Shown here piece by piece: positions 60,370-64,000 of a stretch of 64,000 nt of DNA. The position numbers were made by a program, and so were the translations under genes. The notes beneath the pieces are model-generated. The model made no database searches and was not told the DNA's origin. It saw nothing but the letters and a program-made list of their open reading frames with translations. Position 1 is the stretch's first letter; every line of letters starts with the position of its first letter. Source of the DNA: Trypanosoma brucei (lineage: Eukaryota); NCBI GenBank assembly GCA_000002445.1, contig CH464491.1, forward strand, positions 1,408,001 to 1,472,000, read 5' to 3'.

Positions 60370-61902
60370 ATGCAAGGGACCGCATGTGCTAGCGCATATG
60401 CCAGGTACAACTGCCGCCAGAAGCAATACCACGGCATGCGCAACGCCGTTCAATTCGTGTTCCCTCTTCTGAGGAAAGTTTTATCTTTTGCCAGAACTCC
60501 CCCTCGCGAGCAGCTGTTGAGCATGTTGGTAGGTGCCCCTTATTCGCTAGCGCACGAGGGTCCTTTAACTTGCACTCACCTGCACGCATTTGTCAACACT
60601 CCTGAGGGCGAACTTCTACGCATGTTCGAGGGATGCATTGCAGAACGGCTTGCAGCGCCACCTTCGCAACATGTGATGAAAATGTGGTCACCTGACTTGC
60701 AGGAATATTACAAACGCGCAACTGCCAAAGCGTGCGTGGACGCATCAGGCGAAAGGAAACCACAGAGATTCGAGGCTGGTCTAAGTGCTTGTAGCGTTTT
60801 TTCATTAGGAGTACAAAATCACACTGTCGAGAGCGATCTCTGGGGGGAATTCGGAAGCGGACATACACATCAAGGCACTTATTTGAACCCGTTTGGAGAT
60901 CAGGCTGCACGTGAAGGTGAGGAGGACATAGCGAGTGATTGGTGTCGCTTAATTGACATGTACTCCTTGTTTTTACCAGATCGCTCTCCGTTGCATGAGT
61001 TGGAGAACCTTCCACAAGAAATCGGAATTGGCGAACTCTTGCTGTCACTCCTGAAACATGTCTACATGACTGATATAGATATCAAAACGATTGTGGATGT
61101 GGGTGGCGGTAATGGTTTTTTAGCTGCACAGCTCGCAGAACGGCTTGGTTGTGAATCTTTTGTGGTCGACCCATTTACACCTAAACATGCTATTGATAAT
61201 GCGAATTTTCCACACTGGACCGTGGGAGCTCGCGTTAGGCAACGCAGGGAACGTCGATATCCGCTGCACCGTATTTCCAAGCGACTACAGGATGTTGACT
61301 GGGGAAATACTCACATAGATTTTGATTCTTGTGCCGTTGTGGCAAAGCACCTCTGTGGAACTTCTGTTGATAGTTGTTTGCGTCATTTAATGGCTTCTAA
61401 CAAGCTTCCTCGGGTACTGGTTGTGGTCCCCTGCTGTTTTAATAAGGGAAGATACGCTGAATACTGTAACCCTGGTTTCCTCTCTCATGTGGCTGATGTG
61501 GAAGGTGAGTTGTCGTGGGAGCAGTGCACTCGCCTCACTGATTGGAATAAATCCTGTTACCAACAAGCTGGGAATCCATTAAGTTGCTCGTCTTGTTGCA
61601 GCTGTTGTAATGGTAGTTATGATCGAAGAGCTGGGGAGAAGAAAGTCAGCCGGAAAAGGAAGATGGAACACTTTCTTCCTTGTATGGACGACATAGCTAC
61701 TCTAGTGGAGGTGATTATAAATTATGGACGCGTGCTGTGGCTGCGTGAGATGGGTTACCAGACCTCCGTCGTAGAATATGTTCCTCGCTGTGTTACACCG
61801 AAGAATCGAGCAATTGTAGCGGTGCGCAGAGAACGCAGTAGTGACGCAAGTCTGGAAATTACGATGTCGGACACACACCCCTCATTACCTGCCTTTCAAT
61901 AA
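60370..61902 (+). CDS. TRM13/METTL25-like SAM-dependent methyltransferase
   Basis: Glycine-rich SAM loop IVDVGGGNGFLAAQLAERLG followed by the conserved KHLCG motif (VVAKHLCGTSVDSCLRHL), which is characteristic of the Trm13 / Methyltransf_32 families. Confidence 0.55.
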   Translation: MQGTACASAYARYNCRQKQYHGMRNAVQFVFPLLRKVLSFARTPPREQLLSMLVGAPYSLAHEGPLTCTHLHAFVNTPEGELLRMFEGCIAERLAAPPSQHVMKMWSPDLQEYYKRATAKACVDASGERKPQRFEAGLSACSVFSLGVQNHTVESDLWGEFGSGHTHQGTYLNPFGDQAAREGEEDIASDWCRLIDMYSLFLPDRSPLHELENLPQEIGIGELLLSLLKHVYMTDIDIKTIVDVGGGNGFLAAQLAERLGCESFVVDPFTPKHAIDNANFPHWTVGARVRQRRERRYPLHRISKRLQDVDWGNTHIDFDSCAVVAKHLCGTSVDSCLRHLMASNKLPRVLVVVPCCFNKGRYAEYCNPGFLSHVADVEGELSWEQCTRLTDWNKSCYQQAGNPLSCSSCCSCCNGSYDRRAGEKKVSRKRKMEHFLPCMDDIATLVEVIINYGRVLWLREMGYQTSVVEYVPRCVTPKNRAIVAVRRERSSDASLEITMSDTHPSLPAFQ

Positions 61903-62496
61903 CTCAGGGGGGGGGGACGGCTTACCCCACTAATTTTTTTTCGTGTAATATGGCATCCATGCCTCTACAGCTGCTGCCAAAGCGACTGATGCAGTGACTA
62001 CTTGGGACTTTCATTAGGAACTGTGTTATGCGAGACAAAAATTTAGCGCACCAATGCATCATTTCCATGGGACCAACGCGAGATGTAAGTGCTTTTTGAT
62101 GAAGCGATTTGGTATTGAGTTTGTTGATGGGCGTATATGGTGGTGGCTGGAGCGAGTGGTGGCAAGTCTGTTAGGTGGACATGAAAGGGGTGGGTGGGTA
62201 TGACTGCCCTTTCCTTTTACAGTTAACTAGCGTTCGAGGTTCCGCGATACAGCGGTGAATGAAGAGTTGACATATATGAAGGAAATTGTACCGAACCGCT
62301 ATACAAATTCCCTCTTTATTTTGTTACTTCAACTACCATGTGGGTGCGGTGGTATTTTTTTTTTTCTTCCTTCTCTTCCAGTAACCTTAAACAGCACCCT
62401 GAAGATCCCGAGTGGGTATCGTAAGTGGGCACATCACGTCAGAGCTAGTGCATTAGGTCCCCTCTGCTCCATAGGTTAACGCAATCACATTAACCA

Positions 62497-64000
62497 ATGG
62501 CTCTCGTGGAACCACTGGTAGGTCACTTATTGTCTAAGCACAACGACACCGTGATTGAGGGTCTTAGCAAAATAAAGAAAAATGCAACGGATAATGAGGG
62601 GTTTTCAACGGAGTTTTTACTTCATCCACAAGGTTTTGCAGCGCTTCAAAATGCACTATACAAGCAGGAACTTGCTGCTCCCGTTCTTCAAGCGATGGCA
62701 GAACTTGTGAAGTCGTGCAATAATGCTGGAGTTCGTTCGTTTGTTCTACGAGAAATGTGCCGTGGGCCATGCTTCAGCGTGCTGCGACATGCCCTCTCCG
62801 TGCTGTCCGATGCGACACTTCCAACGACGATTGCCGCGCTACAGTTTGCCTCTGTAGCTGCCGTTTATACGCCTAAAGTTCTTCTTTCGCGTTTTGGCAA
62901 TGTGGTCCCCTTTCACTTTGCCTGCTTCCGCCCGCAGTTGCCGTATTCTCAGCGGCGCATTCGTCTTGCGCGGGCGAAGTTTTTAATAGATCTTGTTATA
63001 TCCTCGCGTGCCGATGTTGCCGAGTCCGTTCTGTGTATGCACGGTTTTCTCACTCACCTCCTTGAGGACGCCGGAGAACTTCTTCAGGAAGGAACAGAAA
63101 CTGGTGTTGAAGTTGCACAAACTGCGCTACAGGTGTTCGGCAAGCGGTTCATTGACTCGCGGATCCCGCCAGCAAAGAAACGATCGGTTCTTCTTGCGCA
63201 GAAACACACACTCCGCTTACTGGTTAAGGCACTGGGCCATTCACTGGTCTCTGAGAGTGTGCTGCATATATTATACCGAACAGTTACTGAGCTAATGGAA
63301 TCACCGATGGATTTTCAGCTCATGCATGTCGATGAAGAGGACAAAGGAATGCCAAACCGGCTGCTTTTCTTCATTTTGAAGCGACTCCGACCGAGAAACA
63401 CACCGGCGGCAGCGCGGCTTCTGATATTTATCTTACACCAAGCACCAGGTCTTATTCGACCATACTTCACTCGTGCGTCTTCCCATCTGGAGGAGGAAAG
63501 CGGGAATGGTCGTGTAAGCGCGTCTATCGGAACAATTTCCACAATGAACGTTATAACACGGGCAATGTTGGCGCCAATACCTTACCATCTGGCAGCTGGC
63601 AAGGCGAAGCTGGAGCCTGTGGAGGCGAGGGCCACAACGTTTTTTACAATGAGCCCCGCACACGTAGCCGAGGAAGTGTGCCCACCGTGGGTAGCTGAAT
63701 ATGTTCATCGAATGATCAATGGGTCCACCGATCTACTGATGCTTTCCTTCGCTCTGCAAATGACGTACGCCATTCTAACACGAGCAAAAACCGTATTGGG
63801 TCTTGTGGTCAAACTACAAGAGAAACAGGGAAGAATCGAGGATGAGGAAAGTGTTGAAAGTGAAAATGAGGACAACGAGTGCGACTGGGACGCGTACAAC
63901 GCAAAGGTTCAGTCAGCGTTGTTGAAAACCGTTCCCAGTTGGGAGGAGTTTTGGCATCGGATGACCCAGCAACTTCATCACATGATGCTCCCGCCAGGCC
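62497..64000 (+). CDS. hypothetical protein, 3' partial; the ORF is open to the window end and so is absent from the track, which lists only stop-terminated ORFs
   Basis: My manual translation from ATG 62497 (MALVEPLVGHLLSKHNDT...) reads without a stop through nt 64000. Same orientation as the array. Helical, with an acidic patch near the end. Confidence 0.5.
   Translation, partial: MALVEPLVGHLLSKHNDTVIEGLSKIKKNATDNEGFSTEFLLHPQGFAALQNALYKQELAAPVLQAMAELVKSCNNAGVRSFVLREMCRGPCFSVLRHALSVLSDATLPTTIAALQFASVAAVYTPKVLLSRFGNVVPFHFACFRPQLPYSQRRIRLARAKFLIDLVISSRADVAESVLCMHGFLTHLLEDAGELLQEGTETGVEVAQTALQVFGKRFIDSRIPPAKKRSVLLAQKHTLRLLVKALGHSLVSESVLHILYRTVTELMESPMDFQLMHVDEEDKGMPNRLLFFILKRLRPRNTPAAARLLIFILHQAPGLIRPYFTRASSHLEEESGNGRVSASIGTISTMNVITRAMLAPIPYHLAAGKAKLEPVEARATTFFTMSPAHVAEEVCPPWVAEYVHRMINGSTDLLMLSFALQMTYAILTRAKTVLGLVVKLQEKQGRIEDEESVESENEDNECDWDAYNAKVQSALLKTVPSWEEFWHRMTQQLHHMMLPPG

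Noticed and set aside
1-64000. Prokaryotic-type defence island / CRISPR / operon system
   Set aside because: The sequence is eukaryotic (kinetoplastid). Genes are 1-4.5 kb, monocistronic coding units in a polycistronic array with trans-splicing signals. There are no direct-repeat/spacer arrays, no cas-like genes, no integrases and no transposases.

Overview
The window reads as a kinetoplastid (Trypanosoma brucei-like) chromosome-core segment. Every credible gene, about 24, lies on the + strand as one polycistronic transcription unit. Genes are separated by 0.4-2.4 kb spacers carrying polypyrimidine tracts (trans-splice acceptor signals) and microsatellites ((TA)n, (CA)n, (TG)n, (AAC)n(CAG)n). 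There is no strand-switch region, tRNA, rRNA, CRISPR, prokaryotic-style operon or mobile element that I can support. The ORF track uses non-ATG starts (TTG/GTG/CTG) in several places, so I moved those starts to the first in-frame ATG. Recognisable products, called from motifs read directly in the translations, are: Listerin/Ltn1 E3 ligase with C-terminal RWD+RING (5' partial); mitochondrial class I fumarate hydratase; an Rsm22/METTL17-like methyltransferase; a PIG-O/GPI13-family GPI ethanolamine-phosphate transferase; mitochondrial aspartate aminotransferase; a TPR-SET protein; UCH-L5/UCH37 deubiquitinase; a TcdA/ThiF-family E1-like enzyme (tRNA ct6A dehydratase family); two LRR proteins (440 aa and 1498 aa); an MPP6-like exosome cofactor candidate; a DnaJ + thioredoxin + TM (DNAJC16-like) protein; an ENT (EMSY N-terminal)-domain protein; and a TRM13/METTL25-like methyltransferase. 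Several hypothetical or low-complexity proteins lie between them. The order FH > Rsm22-like > GPI transferase > small membrane protein > mASAT matches my recollection of the T. brucei chr 11 FHm/mASAT neighbourhood, which should be verified by search. I found no evidence of a novel multi-gene system in the prokaryotic sense. The findings are domain architectures, candidate orthologue assignments, unusually long gene-free intervals and low-complexity structures worth a second look.
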